Source: Prolixibacteraceae bacterium
Lineage (GTDB): Bacteria; Bacteroidota; Bacteroidia; Bacteroidales; Prolixibacteraceae
DNA: 64,000 nucleotides
Assembly (NCBI GenBank): GCA_963664565.1
Contig: OY761460.1
Location: 4,615,104 to 4,679,103 of the forward strand
Direction: 5' to 3'
The notes beneath the pieces are model-generated. The model worked only from the letters and a program-made list of their open reading frames with translations. It had not been told where the DNA came from and made no database searches. A program made the position numbers and the translations under genes. Shown in pieces: positions 38,861-49,917 of this stretch; within the stretch, counting starts at the first letter, position 1, and each line of letters opens with the position of its first letter.

Positions 38861-38945
38861 AGGAAACGAATAATTGCCAATCGTTGCTTTGCCATTTCAA
38901 TTAGGTATTAAAACGCACACTCATATATTTTTAACCTAAACCATC

Positions 38946-41033
38946 ATGACCAAAAACCGATTATTTCAGTTCAATAAATTGCTGGTAATTCCCTTGTTAC
39001 TGGCCTTGCCGGTAGCATCAGGCTTTGCAAAAGATAAAACTTCCAGGAACACTGTTCCGGAGCTTGCTGCCACGGTTTCCGGTGAAAATTATTATCGCGA
39101 TATTTTCCCCGACACCTGGGTTGCCAATGATGCACTTGGACGCCTGATGCCCGATTATCAGCAGGTTGGCCCTGTAAAAAACGATCAGCGACGGGTAGTC
39201 GGCATTTTTTACATCACCTGGCATACCCAGGACCATTATAAAAATTTTAAAAGTCCTTATTCTGCCGATGTCACTAAGGTTTTGGCAGGCGATCCCAAGG
39301 CCCGGCTCGATGCCAAACACCCGCTCTGGACCGAAGGTTCTTACCATTGGGGCGAGCCCGAAAATGGGTATTTTCTGAGTCAGGACGAATATGTGATCCG
39401 AAAAGACATGTCGATGCTGGCCGATGCCGGTGTTGATGTGCTGGTGATGGACGTAACCAATGCCGTGCGCTACTGGGACGAATGGGAAGTGACTTTTAGC
39501 ACCATGGAAAAAATGAAAGCTGAAGGGAATAAAGTTCCGAAGTTCATCTTTTGGGCATTCAATGGTCCGGTGATTACCGTGGTGCAGGATCTGTACGACC
39601 GTATTTACAAACAGGAAAAATACAAAGATCTTTGGTTCTACTGGGATGACAAACCTTTGCTTCTGTACAACGGAACTCCAGATTTTGATGCGAACAGTGG
39701 TGGAAACAAACATCCGAATCCGCATTACGATGCGGCGGCTAAAACCGATCCGAAGAATCCTCACTATGGAGATCCGGATTATACCGAAGAATTTTATAAA
39801 GATTACACTAAAGAAGTGAAGAACTTTTTTACCCTGCGAACGATGTGGTGGGGGTATTACGAATGGGGTAAGAAACGTTATGTTGGTACGGAAGATAACT
39901 GGAGCTTCGGCTACAGTATGGCCGATCCGAAGGTGAAAGACCTGAACCCGGAAGAACTGCTTTCGACACACAATGGAAAACGCGAAGAAGCAGCCGTTAC
40001 CCCTGCCCAACATCCGGTTACCATGACCAAAGAAAATATGGGTGTTGGCAAATCGTGGTCACGCCAGTATGGAGAGCCCAAGTTGAATGAATACGATCTA
40101 CCGGAATCGGCTTATGTTCCCTGGTTAGGTAAAACGGTAAAAGACCCTGTTGGATATGGTATTTATTTCCAGGAACGCTGGGACGATGCTCTTACCGCTA
40201 ACCCCGAATTTCTGTATATCAACGACTGGAACGAGTGGACTGCTGGTAAATACCAGCCTGATGGAAGAGAAACAACACCCTGGCTGGGGCGTAATAACCC
40301 GTTCTATTTTGTCGATCAGTACAACTCTGAATTTAACCGGACCGTCAGCCCGATGAAGGGTGGCTATACCGACAACTATTACATGCAGATGGCCCAGAAT
40401 ATCAGGAAATACAAAGGTATCAGGCCAATTCCGGAACTGAAAGGTTATTCGAAGATTAAAACCGACGGCAGTTTTGAAGATTGGAATTCGGTTACAACCG
40501 AGTACCGCGATACAAAAGGCGATGTCGCTCACCGCGACCACAATGGTTATGGTGGATTGCACTATACCAACACGTCAGGACGAAATGATATTGTTACAGC
40601 AAAGGTGGCTGTTGATAAGCAGAATATCTCATTTTATGCTGAAACCAGCAACAACCTGACGGCTTCTACTGATAACAACTGGATGCTGCTACTGATTGAC
40701 GCGGATAAGAATCCGGCAACCGGGTGGTATGGCTACGATTACCTGATTAACAAGAAGGTAAAAGATGGGCAAACCACCACGCTGATGCGTTACGATGCTT
40801 CTCATCCTGAAAATCAGTGGGTTGAAGTAGCCGATCTGAAATACCGTGTTTCAGGAAATAAGCTGGAGCTTTCTGTTCCTCGCGGGTTGCTTGGTTTATC
40901 GGGCACCCAATTCTCGTTCGATTTTAAATGGAGCGACAATGCCGCTGAATTGAAAGACCCAATTTCGCTGTGTACCGATGGCGACACCGCCCCAAACCGC
41001 CGGTTTAATTACCGGTGTATCTGGGGAAAATAA
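38946..41033 (+). CDS. Unclassified GH99/GH71-like glycoside hydrolase, paralog of 33632-35449
   Basis: FPDTWVANDALGR, FYITWH, WGEPENGYF, MLADAGVD, NDWNEW, GDTAPNRRFNY. Confidence 0.65.
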   Translation: MTKNRLFQFNKLLVIPLLLALPVASGFAKDKTSRNTVPELAATVSGENYYRDIFPDTWVANDALGRLMPDYQQVGPVKNDQRRVVGIFYITWHTQDHYKNFKSPYSADVTKVLAGDPKARLDAKHPLWTEGSYHWGEPENGYFLSQDEYVIRKDMSMLADAGVDVLVMDVTNAVRYWDEWEVTFSTMEKMKAEGNKVPKFIFWAFNGPVITVVQDLYDRIYKQEKYKDLWFYWDDKPLLLYNGTPDFDANSGGNKHPNPHYDAAAKTDPKNPHYGDPDYTEEFYKDYTKEVKNFFTLRTMWWGYYEWGKKRYVGTEDNWSFGYSMADPKVKDLNPEELLSTHNGKREEAAVTPAQHPVTMTKENMGVGKSWSRQYGEPKLNEYDLPESAYVPWLGKTVKDPVGYGIYFQERWDDALTANPEFLYINDWNEWTAGKYQPDGRETTPWLGRNNPFYFVDQYNSEFNRTVSPMKGGYTDNYYMQMAQNIRKYKGIRPIPELKGYSKIKTDGSFEDWNSVTTEYRDTKGDVAHRDHNGYGGLHYTNTSGRNDIVTAKVAVDKQNISFYAETSNNLTASTDNNWMLLLIDADKNPATGWYGYDYLINKKVKDGQTTTLMRYDASHPENQWVEVADLKYRVSGNKLELSVPRGLLGLSGTQFSFDFKWSDNAAELKDPISLCTDGDTAPNRRFNYRCIWGK

Positions 41034-41080
41034 GAAATGAAAACCACGAAAATGAAAAATTTATTGTTGTCTTTAAATTC

Positions 41081-41167
41081 ACTCACCCCAAGCCGCTTAT
41101 AAGCGGCTTCTCCCCTCTCTACTCTTGTAAAGAGGGGAAGAGCGAGCTTTGCGAGCGAGGGGTGAGT
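41081..41167. repeat. Intergenic compound hairpin element
   Basis: actcacccc...ggggtgagt terminal IR enclosing agccgcttataagcggct and cccctct...agagggg. Confidence 0.65.
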
Positions 41168-41256
41168 CATAAAAAACGATTCGACATTTTTTAACCTTAT
41201 TATTTATAAACTAATCGCTTAAACCTTTAATACTAAAACAACTAAATTAACCAATT

Positions 41257-44112
41257 ATGAACACTCTGAAAAAAAAATGGCGTAAATACTTTCTGTGCCT
41301 GATCCTGTTGGGTCTGACAATGCCTGTTTTTTCTGCCGTAATCATTCTAACCAGCGACAAGCAGTTAAATGATTTGATGAACCCAGATACAAAAATTGAT
41401 GTTTCAACCGGACTGCAAAAACAGTATGCCAGCCTGCGCGAAATCTGCGAACAGGGACAAAAACAGGGCGACAAAGTGCTGACTGTTGCCTTCGATGAAT
41501 TCTTCCGCCAATACCGCAAGGAAGCCGGCGCCGATCGTCTGCTCACGCCCGACATGGACGAATACATCGACAAAATCAAGTTTATCAGCGATTTTGCCGC
41601 GAAATACGGCATGGGCATTGACCTGAGTTTGCTGAGTCCGCTGGAACTTGGAAGTGCATTTAAGAAAAGTACCGGTCAATCGGGACACTGGCTTCATTAC
41701 AAAACCGGACTACGGGATCCTCAAACCGGAAAATTTACCGTTCAACTATGGAAACAATTGTTCTGGACCAATAATAAGGGACGTTTTGCTATAAAACAAA
41801 CCGGAGTAAAAGCCTATGCCTTTAAAGAGAAATCGTTGTCTAACAGTCCTTGTATAATGGTCAATTCTACAGATATGGTCGAGTTAAAAGATGTTCAGAT
41901 CGAAAACTATACTGACCTAAAAACATTATCCGGAGACGAACAACATAAATATACCGAACTGGTGAAGGTTTTTTCTACAGGCGATAATCTTGCAAAAGGT
42001 TACGATCATGTGCTGGTTTTGCTGGAGTATGAAACTCCCGAAATGGACTATTTTAGTCCTGAAGCTCTTCCTTTCCTGAAAAAACTCATGAAAAAATACC
42101 ACGACAAAGGTGTGAATCTGGTTTCGTTGTATTCCGATGAAATGCATATTCAGCAAGATTGGGACTATTTTAGTCACCACGATGATGGTCAGTTTTGCGT
42201 CAGGTATTATACTCCTTCGATGGGACAAGTCTATTCTGAAAAGTATGGGCAGCCTTTTGATGAAAAGCAACTGCTTTATTTTGTATATGGTATGCAGCCA
42301 AACTCCAATTCGGCCTCAGCCTCTGTTAACCGGCAATATGTATCGGGCGACACGCCGGAAGATGTTCAGAAAACAATATTAATGCGTCATCGGTATTACA
42401 AATTGCTGAATAACCAGGTAGTTGATTTGTTCTGCGAGGCTAAAAAATATGCCGAAGAATTGTTCGGTAGGGAATTACGGACAAGTGCCCATTCGTCGTG
42501 GGCCGAAAGCCCGACTATTGATTTGTGGAATACAGAGAAACTTTCGGAGTGGGCTTCAAAATACGAATATACTTCAAATTTTGTATGGTCGAATACGGTG
42601 CAGCAGGCGGCGGCGGCCTGTTATGATTATTTCAAATGGGGAGAGTATTTGCAGCCGACCGGAAACGATTTTGCAGAATGTGGCTGGCTCGACAATAACT
42701 ATTATGGCGCAGCAATGGCTACATCTATCGGGGTAATTAATAAATATCCCAACGCGTATGCTGCCTACTGGGGTATGCCCGAACCGGCCCGTGTCCGCAA
42801 GGAAGCCATCAACAATGCTTTTGGTGCTCAGGCTTCCCGTTCAATCGATCTGATGACCGGTCATGTTCACCGCGATGTGGATGTGTTGATCCTTTATCCG
42901 ATGAACCTGGTAGCTGCCGAACCCCGCTTTGGAAGCTGGATGACCCAATATGCCTATGCTAACTATATAACTTCTGATAAATTGCTTGAAATGGGAAAAA
43001 TTACGGAGGACGGACGAATTCAAATTGCGGGGAAAAGCTATTCGACATTGGTGGCTTTATACGAACCGCTTCCTGCTTCCGGACTGCTCGATTTTATGCG
43101 GAAATTTGCCATTTCCGGGGGAAAATTGCTATGGTTTGGAGCTCCAGCCATGATCAACGAAAAAGCTGAAAACTGCTCGGCTCAATGGTCCGACCTGTTT
43201 AAGGCCAACTATAGTTATTCAATTTACCAGGGAGAAATTGCAGCCGGGAAAATCATAAATTTCAAAAACCAACTGGGAAAAGTTCCTTCACAGACCATTC
43301 TGACCGATTTTTTGGTCGATCGTATTTATCCGGTGACTCCAATGGCAGGCGCCGAAACTGTGGCTGAAGCCGATGGAAAGATAATTGGTGTTGCTTCCAA
43401 GTTAGGAAAAGGATCGGTTTGCTATTTGGGCTTCCGTCCGCGCGATGATCAGTCGGCCAGTTTGGGCTACGAAACCCGTACACTTTTCGAGATTCTGAAT
43501 GCCGTGGGAGCTTATCCTGCCACAGGTAAGTTTGCCGATGCCAACGATAATACCGAATACGTTTCGCGAAACAGCGACTATTTCACCACCCGCTTTCCCA
43601 ATGGAACAACCATCGTTGTCCGCCATTACCGTACTCACCGTGAAAACTGGCCTGGTGGATTTTCGCGTAATGATGAGGAGGATAAGAAATTTCTGGCAGT
43701 TAATCCGATGCCAACCGACGAAGTTAACCTGAACGGATTTAAAGTAAATGGCCATGTGCTCGACTTCAAGGGGAATTTGAGTGTGGCTTTTCGCCTGAAC
43801 GACCGGAAAGAGCTGACGGCTTTCGATGGCTATCAATGCAGCAAAGCCACTATTGATGGTAAAAGCTATGCCTTTTCCGATCAACCACTTGAACGCATTG
43901 CTTTTATGCCCGAAAATGAAGCAAACAACAGCTTTACCCTTTTGCTGAAAGGCAGTGGAAAAGTGCGCATCCCGGTATCAGGTTTGAATGCCGCACCCAC
44001 AAAACTTTTGGGTCCGAACAACAAAGAAGTGAAGTTTCAGACCGAAAAAGGCTGGCTGACATTCGATCTCACTCCGGAATTATCGGGTAAATGGTTGCGG
44101 ATTACAAAATAA
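41257..44112 (+). CDS. Large exported hypothetical protein, probable glycoside hydrolase
   Basis: Signal peptide; YSDEMH; GH42/GH106-like middle region; PUL context. Confidence 0.6.
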   Translation: MNTLKKKWRKYFLCLILLGLTMPVFSAVIILTSDKQLNDLMNPDTKIDVSTGLQKQYASLREICEQGQKQGDKVLTVAFDEFFRQYRKEAGADRLLTPDMDEYIDKIKFISDFAAKYGMGIDLSLLSPLELGSAFKKSTGQSGHWLHYKTGLRDPQTGKFTVQLWKQLFWTNNKGRFAIKQTGVKAYAFKEKSLSNSPCIMVNSTDMVELKDVQIENYTDLKTLSGDEQHKYTELVKVFSTGDNLAKGYDHVLVLLEYETPEMDYFSPEALPFLKKLMKKYHDKGVNLVSLYSDEMHIQQDWDYFSHHDDGQFCVRYYTPSMGQVYSEKYGQPFDEKQLLYFVYGMQPNSNSASASVNRQYVSGDTPEDVQKTILMRHRYYKLLNNQVVDLFCEAKKYAEELFGRELRTSAHSSWAESPTIDLWNTEKLSEWASKYEYTSNFVWSNTVQQAAAACYDYFKWGEYLQPTGNDFAECGWLDNNYYGAAMATSIGVINKYPNAYAAYWGMPEPARVRKEAINNAFGAQASRSIDLMTGHVHRDVDVLILYPMNLVAAEPRFGSWMTQYAYANYITSDKLLEMGKITEDGRIQIAGKSYSTLVALYEPLPASGLLDFMRKFAISGGKLLWFGAPAMINEKAENCSAQWSDLFKANYSYSIYQGEIAAGKIINFKNQLGKVPSQTILTDFLVDRIYPVTPMAGAETVAEADGKIIGVASKLGKGSVCYLGFRPRDDQSASLGYETRTLFEILNAVGAYPATGKFADANDNTEYVSRNSDYFTTRFPNGTTIVVRHYRTHRENWPGGFSRNDEEDKKFLAVNPMPTDEVNLNGFKVNGHVLDFKGNLSVAFRLNDRKELTAFDGYQCSKATIDGKSYAFSDQPLERIAFMPENEANNSFTLLLKGSGKVRIPVSGLNAAPTKLLGPNNKEVKFQTEKGWLTFDLTPELSGKWLRITK

Positions 44113-44218
44113 CGATTTCGGCATATTAACCGCAGGAAGGCAATGCCACGCCCGATATATAAGTCAACGGCGGGGCTTTGCCTGGCGGTTGAGTCAATTA
44201 CATTTATTCTCTGGAAAA

Positions 44219-47038
44219 ATGAAGTCAGTGATGAATAAAATATTTTTTGGAGCTTCAATCAGCCTGATTATTGCTTTGTTATTTGGTGCCTGCACCGATA
44301 AAAGTCTGGAAGTAACCGACCTGCGCTGCTGCAATACCGTCAATCCCGAAGGCATCGATTCTCCTTTGCTTAGCTGGAAGATAAAGACCTCAAAGGAAGA
44401 TATATTTCAAACTGCCTGGGAAGTGGAAATTGCATCGGACAAAGAACTGCTTGAAAATGGGAAAGCAGATGTCTGGAATTCAGGAAAACAGTTATCTGAT
44501 GAGCAATTCAATATCAAGCCCAAAGACATTCGTTTTTCGGAAGCCACCGGGTATTACTGGCGCGCACGGATTTGGAGCAATTGGGGTGAGGCTAGCTCAT
44601 GGAGCAGACCGGCTTATTTCTCGATAGGTTTACTGAGCGAAAAATTGTGGGCAGGCAAATGGATCACTTATCCGGATGCCAAAAATAGTGCGCTCCCATA
44701 CTTCAGAAAAGTGTTTAATCTGAACAAAAGAGATGCAGTTCCGGTTAAAGCAACAGTTTATTTCTGCGGACTGGGAGCCGGTGAACTCTACCTGAACGGA
44801 CAAAAAGTGGATTCCACCCGTTTTCTCGATCCGGCGCAAACGAACTACGAGCGATATGCTTTGTACAGTAGCTTTGATGTGACCAACCGCCTGCAAAAAG
44901 GCAATAACTGTTTGGGCGTGATGTTGGGCAAGGGCTGGTTTTCGCAGGATGCAGCCTGGAATGGAGCTCGTTTTAGTTATGGAGATCCTATGTTTCGGCT
45001 TCAGCTTGTTGCAATCTACAGCGACGGTTTGCGTCAGGTGTTCGGCTCTGATGAAACCTGGAACTGGAAGGAAGGACCCATTACAAAAACCAATATTTAC
45101 CTGGGCGAAACGTACGATGCCCGTCAGGAAATAACAGGCTGGTGCAAAGTCGAAACGCCTTGCACTGACTGGAAAGCCGCAGTACTGGCAAAAGCCGGAG
45201 TTCCTCCGCGGCTGGTTCCGCAGCTCATGGAACCTATCCGCACCAAGCAGGTACTCAAGGCGGTTAAAATGTGGCAGGACCCGTCGGGCAACTGGATTTT
45301 TGATTTTGGGACCAACCAGGCTGGCATTCCCTGTCTGAACGTTCAACAGCCTGCTGGAACAAAACTTTCCATCCGCATGGCTGAAGAAACGAATGCCGAT
45401 GGAAGCCTGGATTTTAGGACGCTCGGACATATTCACCACGGAAAAATCTTCACCAATGAATACATCTGCAACGGAAATGGAAATGAACAATGGTCGCCCC
45501 GGTTTACTTACCACGGATTCCGATATGCCGAACTTTCAGGAATAGCTGGCAAACCTGATCTTTCTACTTTGAGCCTGATTGTGGTCCACAGCGATCTGGC
45601 CAATACCGGCACGTTTGAATGCGCCGATCCGCAAATTAACCGGCTTCACAAACTGGCAATGCGCACAGTTTTCAGCAACCTGCACGGTATTCCGACCGAC
45701 TGCCCCGACCGCGAAAAGTGCGGTTGGCTGGGCGATACCCATGCCTATGTAAAAATGGCAAATCTCAACCTCCAGATGAATAATTTCTGGCAAAATTACC
45801 TGGAAGATATCCGTTCGGGGGCCAGCGTTCACGAGCAAAAAACACTTTTTCATGAGCGTTACAACAACACTTTTTATTTTACTGAGAAGCCTTCAGGATT
45901 GCCCTATATGATTGCGCCCGGGAAACGCCTGTGTGGTGTAGCTTCGCCCGACTGGGGAACAGCTATGGTTCAGCTTCCGTGGTGGCTGTATGTTTATTAT
46001 GGAAACAAAGATGTGCTGAAAGATTTCTACCCGAACATGAAACAGTGGACCGATTATGTTTCAACCTTAGGTCAGGACACTGCCCGGACCAATAAATACG
46101 GTAAGAAAACAAGCCATATCATTTATCAGGGATTGGGTGACTGGTGTCCTCCAGGAGGAAATCAAGCCATTGATACTCCGGTTGAATTTACGTCCACAGC
46201 ATTTCATTACCTCGATGTTTGCATCATGGAACAGGTTGCCGTTTTGCTTAATAATGATGCCGATGCAAAAAGATATACCGAAGAAAAACGGGCGATTGCA
46301 AAGGAAATACAGGAGAATATGTACAATGCCAGCCTGAAAAGCTTTGGAAGCCAGACCGCCGATGTGATGGCTCTGGACTTTGGCCTGGTTCCTGCCGGCG
46401 ATGAGAACGCAGTAGCCGATGCGGTTGTCCGAAATATGGATAAAACGAGCAATGGTTTTCTGCATTGCGGTATTTTTGGAATTGCCCGGATTGGCAGTAT
46501 GCTGGCTCGCAACGGGAACAGCCAGGCGGCATGGAATATGTTTACCAAAAAAGGAGAGGATAGCTTTGAGTGGATGTGGTCATCTGCTGATGCGACTTCA
46601 CTTTGGGAAACATTACCGGTTAGTAAGAAAAGTCAGGAAATAGCAGCAGTAGCTTCGCACAACCATCCGATGCAGGCTGGTTTCGATGTCTGCTTTTATG
46701 AAGACATTGCCGGTATTCGCCCCGATGCTTCATGTTATGGATTCAAGGTTATCCGGTTCCAACCTATGTTCACCGAAAATCTGGCATGGGCCAAAGGAAG
46801 TATCGAATCACCTTATGGAACCGTGGTCAGCGACTGGAAACAACAAAACGGGCTCCTGAACTGGAAAATTTCAATCCCTGCTAATTCATCGGGAATGGTA
46901 GCTTTACCGAAAAAAGGAAACGTGACAGTAAACGGCAATGTACTGGACGAAAAGAAATATCTTCCGGTCAGAAGCGAAGGTGAATTCATGCTGTATCGTT
47001 TCCCTTCCGGGGTATTTAACATTCAGGAAAAGAAATAA
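44219..47038 (+). CDS. GH78 alpha-L-rhamnosidase
   Basis: PRFTYHGFRY, IPTDCPDREKCGWLGD, LGDWCPP, ATSLWE, SHNHPM. Confidence 0.92.
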   Translation: MKSVMNKIFFGASISLIIALLFGACTDKSLEVTDLRCCNTVNPEGIDSPLLSWKIKTSKEDIFQTAWEVEIASDKELLENGKADVWNSGKQLSDEQFNIKPKDIRFSEATGYYWRARIWSNWGEASSWSRPAYFSIGLLSEKLWAGKWITYPDAKNSALPYFRKVFNLNKRDAVPVKATVYFCGLGAGELYLNGQKVDSTRFLDPAQTNYERYALYSSFDVTNRLQKGNNCLGVMLGKGWFSQDAAWNGARFSYGDPMFRLQLVAIYSDGLRQVFGSDETWNWKEGPITKTNIYLGETYDARQEITGWCKVETPCTDWKAAVLAKAGVPPRLVPQLMEPIRTKQVLKAVKMWQDPSGNWIFDFGTNQAGIPCLNVQQPAGTKLSIRMAEETNADGSLDFRTLGHIHHGKIFTNEYICNGNGNEQWSPRFTYHGFRYAELSGIAGKPDLSTLSLIVVHSDLANTGTFECADPQINRLHKLAMRTVFSNLHGIPTDCPDREKCGWLGDTHAYVKMANLNLQMNNFWQNYLEDIRSGASVHEQKTLFHERYNNTFYFTEKPSGLPYMIAPGKRLCGVASPDWGTAMVQLPWWLYVYYGNKDVLKDFYPNMKQWTDYVSTLGQDTARTNKYGKKTSHIIYQGLGDWCPPGGNQAIDTPVEFTSTAFHYLDVCIMEQVAVLLNNDADAKRYTEEKRAIAKEIQENMYNASLKSFGSQTADVMALDFGLVPAGDENAVADAVVRNMDKTSNGFLHCGIFGIARIGSMLARNGNSQAAWNMFTKKGEDSFEWMWSSADATSLWETLPVSKKSQEIAAVASHNHPMQAGFDVCFYEDIAGIRPDASCYGFKVIRFQPMFTENLAWAKGSIESPYGTVVSDWKQQNGLLNWKISIPANSSGMVALPKKGNVTVNGNVLDEKKYLPVRSEGEFMLYRFPSGVFNIQEKK

Positions 47039-47061
47039 TAACAGACTCAAAATAAATAAGA

Positions 47062-48828
47062 ATGAACAACTTATCCAGATTTTTAACTGCGGCAATTCTT
47101 CTGGGAATAATGGTTCCCTCAATGGCGCAGCTACCTCCGGTTTTTGATGGGAAAGACGCATCGAAGGTGCGCTCCACTGCGTTGACACGAAAATATCTCA
47201 CGGCTGAACGTATTGTCTGGGTGTCAGATCCTTCAGGAATGCAGGTTTTGAATGCCGAAAATATCCTGAAACCTGGCATTGGTCAGGCCGACCTGAACAG
47301 TGGAAAATACCTGACTCTCATCAGTGACAAAGAGTCGAAACCAGGGCTGATCCTCGATTTTGGACGAGAAATACAGGGAGGAATTGAAATCGTAACGACC
47401 ATTAATAATCAGAAACTGGTTGGATCGGTGCGCATCCGCTTTGGCGAATCGGTGAGCGAAACCATGAGCGATGTTGGTGTCGATGGCGCTACCACCGACC
47501 ATGCCATGCGCGACTTTGTGGTTCAGCTTCCCTGGCTGGGGCGTTTGGAAGTTGGCAATTCGGGCTTCCGCTTTGCACGCATCGACTTGGTTTCTCCCAA
47601 CACCAAAATTGAAATCAAGGAAATCAGCGCTACCTTCACTTTTCGCGACATACCTTACCAGGGCTCATTTACCTGCAACGACGAACGCCTGAATCAGATC
47701 TGGATGACCGGTGCCTATACCGTTCATTTGAATATGCAGGATTACCTGTGGGATGGTGTAAAGCGCGATCGTCTGGTTTGGGTGGGCGATATGCACCCTG
47801 AAGTGATGACCATTAATTCGGTATTTGGAAATAATGAAGTGGTTCCGAAAAGTTTGGATCTGGCTCGCGACCTGACTCCGCTACCTAACTGGATGAACGG
47901 CATTAGTTCCTATTCGATGTGGTGGATTATGATTCAACGCGACTGGTATTATTATCAGGGTAATCTGGACTACCTGAAGAAACAGAAAGAGTATCTGGTG
48001 GCATTATTGCATCAGTTGGCAACTAAGATTGATGATTCAGGGAAAGAAAATCTGGATGGGATGCGTTTCCTCGACTGGCCTTCCAGCGAAAATAAAGAAG
48101 CGGTTCATGCCGGGTTGCAGTCGATGATGGTGATGTCATTTCAGGCTGGAGCCGAATTGTGCTCCATTTTAGGTGACCCGGAAACCGCCAAATTGTGCAA
48201 AGCTTCGGTTGAAAAACTTAAAAAGCATGTTCCTGAGATGGCTGGCTCGAAGCAGGCTGCGGCTTTGGTAGCAATGTCGGGTTTGGTTTCTCCGGAGAAA
48301 GCCAATGCTGAAATATTGGCAAAAGATGGTGTTCACAAAATGTCCACTTTTTATGGCTATTACATGATGAAAGCCCGTGCCATGGCTGGCGATTATCAGG
48401 GGGCTATTGACAACATCCGCGAATATTGGGGAGCGATGCTCGATTTGGGTGCCACTACTTTCTGGGAAGATTTCGATATTGACTGGATGAAAAATGCAGC
48501 CCGTATTGATGAAGTTGTTCCGGAAGGAAAAGTTGATGTTCACCGTGCTTATGGCGGCTATTGCTACAAAGAGCTTCGTCATAGTTTTTGTCATGGATGG
48601 GCATCGGGGCCAACAAGCTGGCTGACCCAATATGTTTTGGGAGTTAGCGTACTGGAACCGGGGTGTAAAAAGATTAAAATAGAACCTCATCTGGGCGACT
48701 TGAAATGGGTGAAAGGAACTTTCCCGACACCTTATGGCGTGGTGAAAATCGAGCATCAGAAAATGCCCGACGGAACCGTAAAAACGACCGTTGATGCACC
48801 TAAAGAAGTAAAGGTTCAGAAGAATTAG
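47062..48828 (+). CDS. GH78-like alpha-L-rhamnosidase (short form)
   Basis: WDGVKRDRLVWVGD, GATTFWEDF, SFCHGWASGP, FPTPYG. Confidence 0.88.
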   Translation: MNNLSRFLTAAILLGIMVPSMAQLPPVFDGKDASKVRSTALTRKYLTAERIVWVSDPSGMQVLNAENILKPGIGQADLNSGKYLTLISDKESKPGLILDFGREIQGGIEIVTTINNQKLVGSVRIRFGESVSETMSDVGVDGATTDHAMRDFVVQLPWLGRLEVGNSGFRFARIDLVSPNTKIEIKEISATFTFRDIPYQGSFTCNDERLNQIWMTGAYTVHLNMQDYLWDGVKRDRLVWVGDMHPEVMTINSVFGNNEVVPKSLDLARDLTPLPNWMNGISSYSMWWIMIQRDWYYYQGNLDYLKKQKEYLVALLHQLATKIDDSGKENLDGMRFLDWPSSENKEAVHAGLQSMMVMSFQAGAELCSILGDPETAKLCKASVEKLKKHVPEMAGSKQAAALVAMSGLVSPEKANAEILAKDGVHKMSTFYGYYMMKARAMAGDYQGAIDNIREYWGAMLDLGATTFWEDFDIDWMKNAARIDEVVPEGKVDVHRAYGGYCYKELRHSFCHGWASGPTSWLTQYVLGVSVLEPGCKKIKIEPHLGDLKWVKGTFPTPYGVVKIEHQKMPDGTVKTTVDAPKEVKVQKN

Positions 48829-48858
48829 GTTTTTATACCAGCTCTGATAATTGGGGCA

Positions 48859-49641
48859 TAACTGATACGATGACTTTAGGTTCATCGTATCAGTTACCGC
48901 TTCGGATGGTTGCCTCATGGCATTAGTGAGGGTTTCACTTTGGGAGAAGCCCTCACTTGCAAAAAAGCGAAGCTTTTGTTCATTTTCGCTTTTGCCAACG
49001 ATCTGTTTTTTTAAGCTCAATATTTTTCAATTAATTTTGCTATCAATAAGTGGGGTAGCTCCATTATTTGTTTTAAATTTATTATTGGTATACTCCAGTT
49101 TTATTTTTGGTAAACAACCACTGTTGTCCGGTAAAACTGGAGTATTACAAGATGTCGCAACTACGTTGCTCAATACTTTAAATCAATACCACTGTGCTAC
49201 AAAGATTTAGCAACTACGTTGCTGAGGAGTCGACAGCGTAGCTGTTCAATCTTTGTAGAAAATAGGCATGATAAAAATGTAAGCCACGTAGTGGCGTAAT
49301 CTTCTGGAATGCCTTTAAATTAGAGTGGTAAACAACCAAAAATAGGTAAATAAAAAAACAAAAAAAATATTATATTACTGTTTTTGGTGGGGCATATAAA
49401 CCATGGGGGCAATTTATTTTGCAATATATATTCATGAATAATAAAAAATCGTTTGAATAAAAAATAGCACTTAACCTTATCCTTTTGATGCAAGTATTTG
49501 ACATAGAGACATAAAAATATCAGATTAATTCATCGTCTTGTTGAAATCTGATTCGTTTATTTCAAATTGCAGTTGCCGATCTTATACGCGTATGTTGGTG
49601 GCACTAGTGAGGGTTTCACTTCAAGTGAAGCCCTCACTTGC
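48859..49641. repeat. Cluster of REP-like palindromes in a 1.1-kb intergenic gap
   Basis: 15-bp IR taactgatacgatga/tcatcgtatcagtta (48859-48896); two copies of agtgagggtttcac...gaagccctcact (near 48925 and 49606); gcaactacgttgc twice and gccacgtagtggc (about 49157-49295). Confidence 0.7.
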
Positions 49642-49917
49642 TATAAATGAGGTCTGCTTCATTCCGGCTGAAAGAAGATTTTCTTTTTAGTAGTACACAT
49701 TCCGATTTGGAAGTCGTAAAAACGGAGTGAAAAAGATGCCAATGGGAAGGTGAAAAACTTCAGTTGAGTTTCTGAAAGTAGTAAAGTATTGATTAAATTG
49801 CTCGATTTAAAGCTGAAATAGCCATCTCGCCTAAGGCGAGACAAACCGAAAATGAAATAAATGGCTATTCCATGAGTACGTGCCTAACGTTCAATAAAAC
49901 AAAAACAAAATATACGA

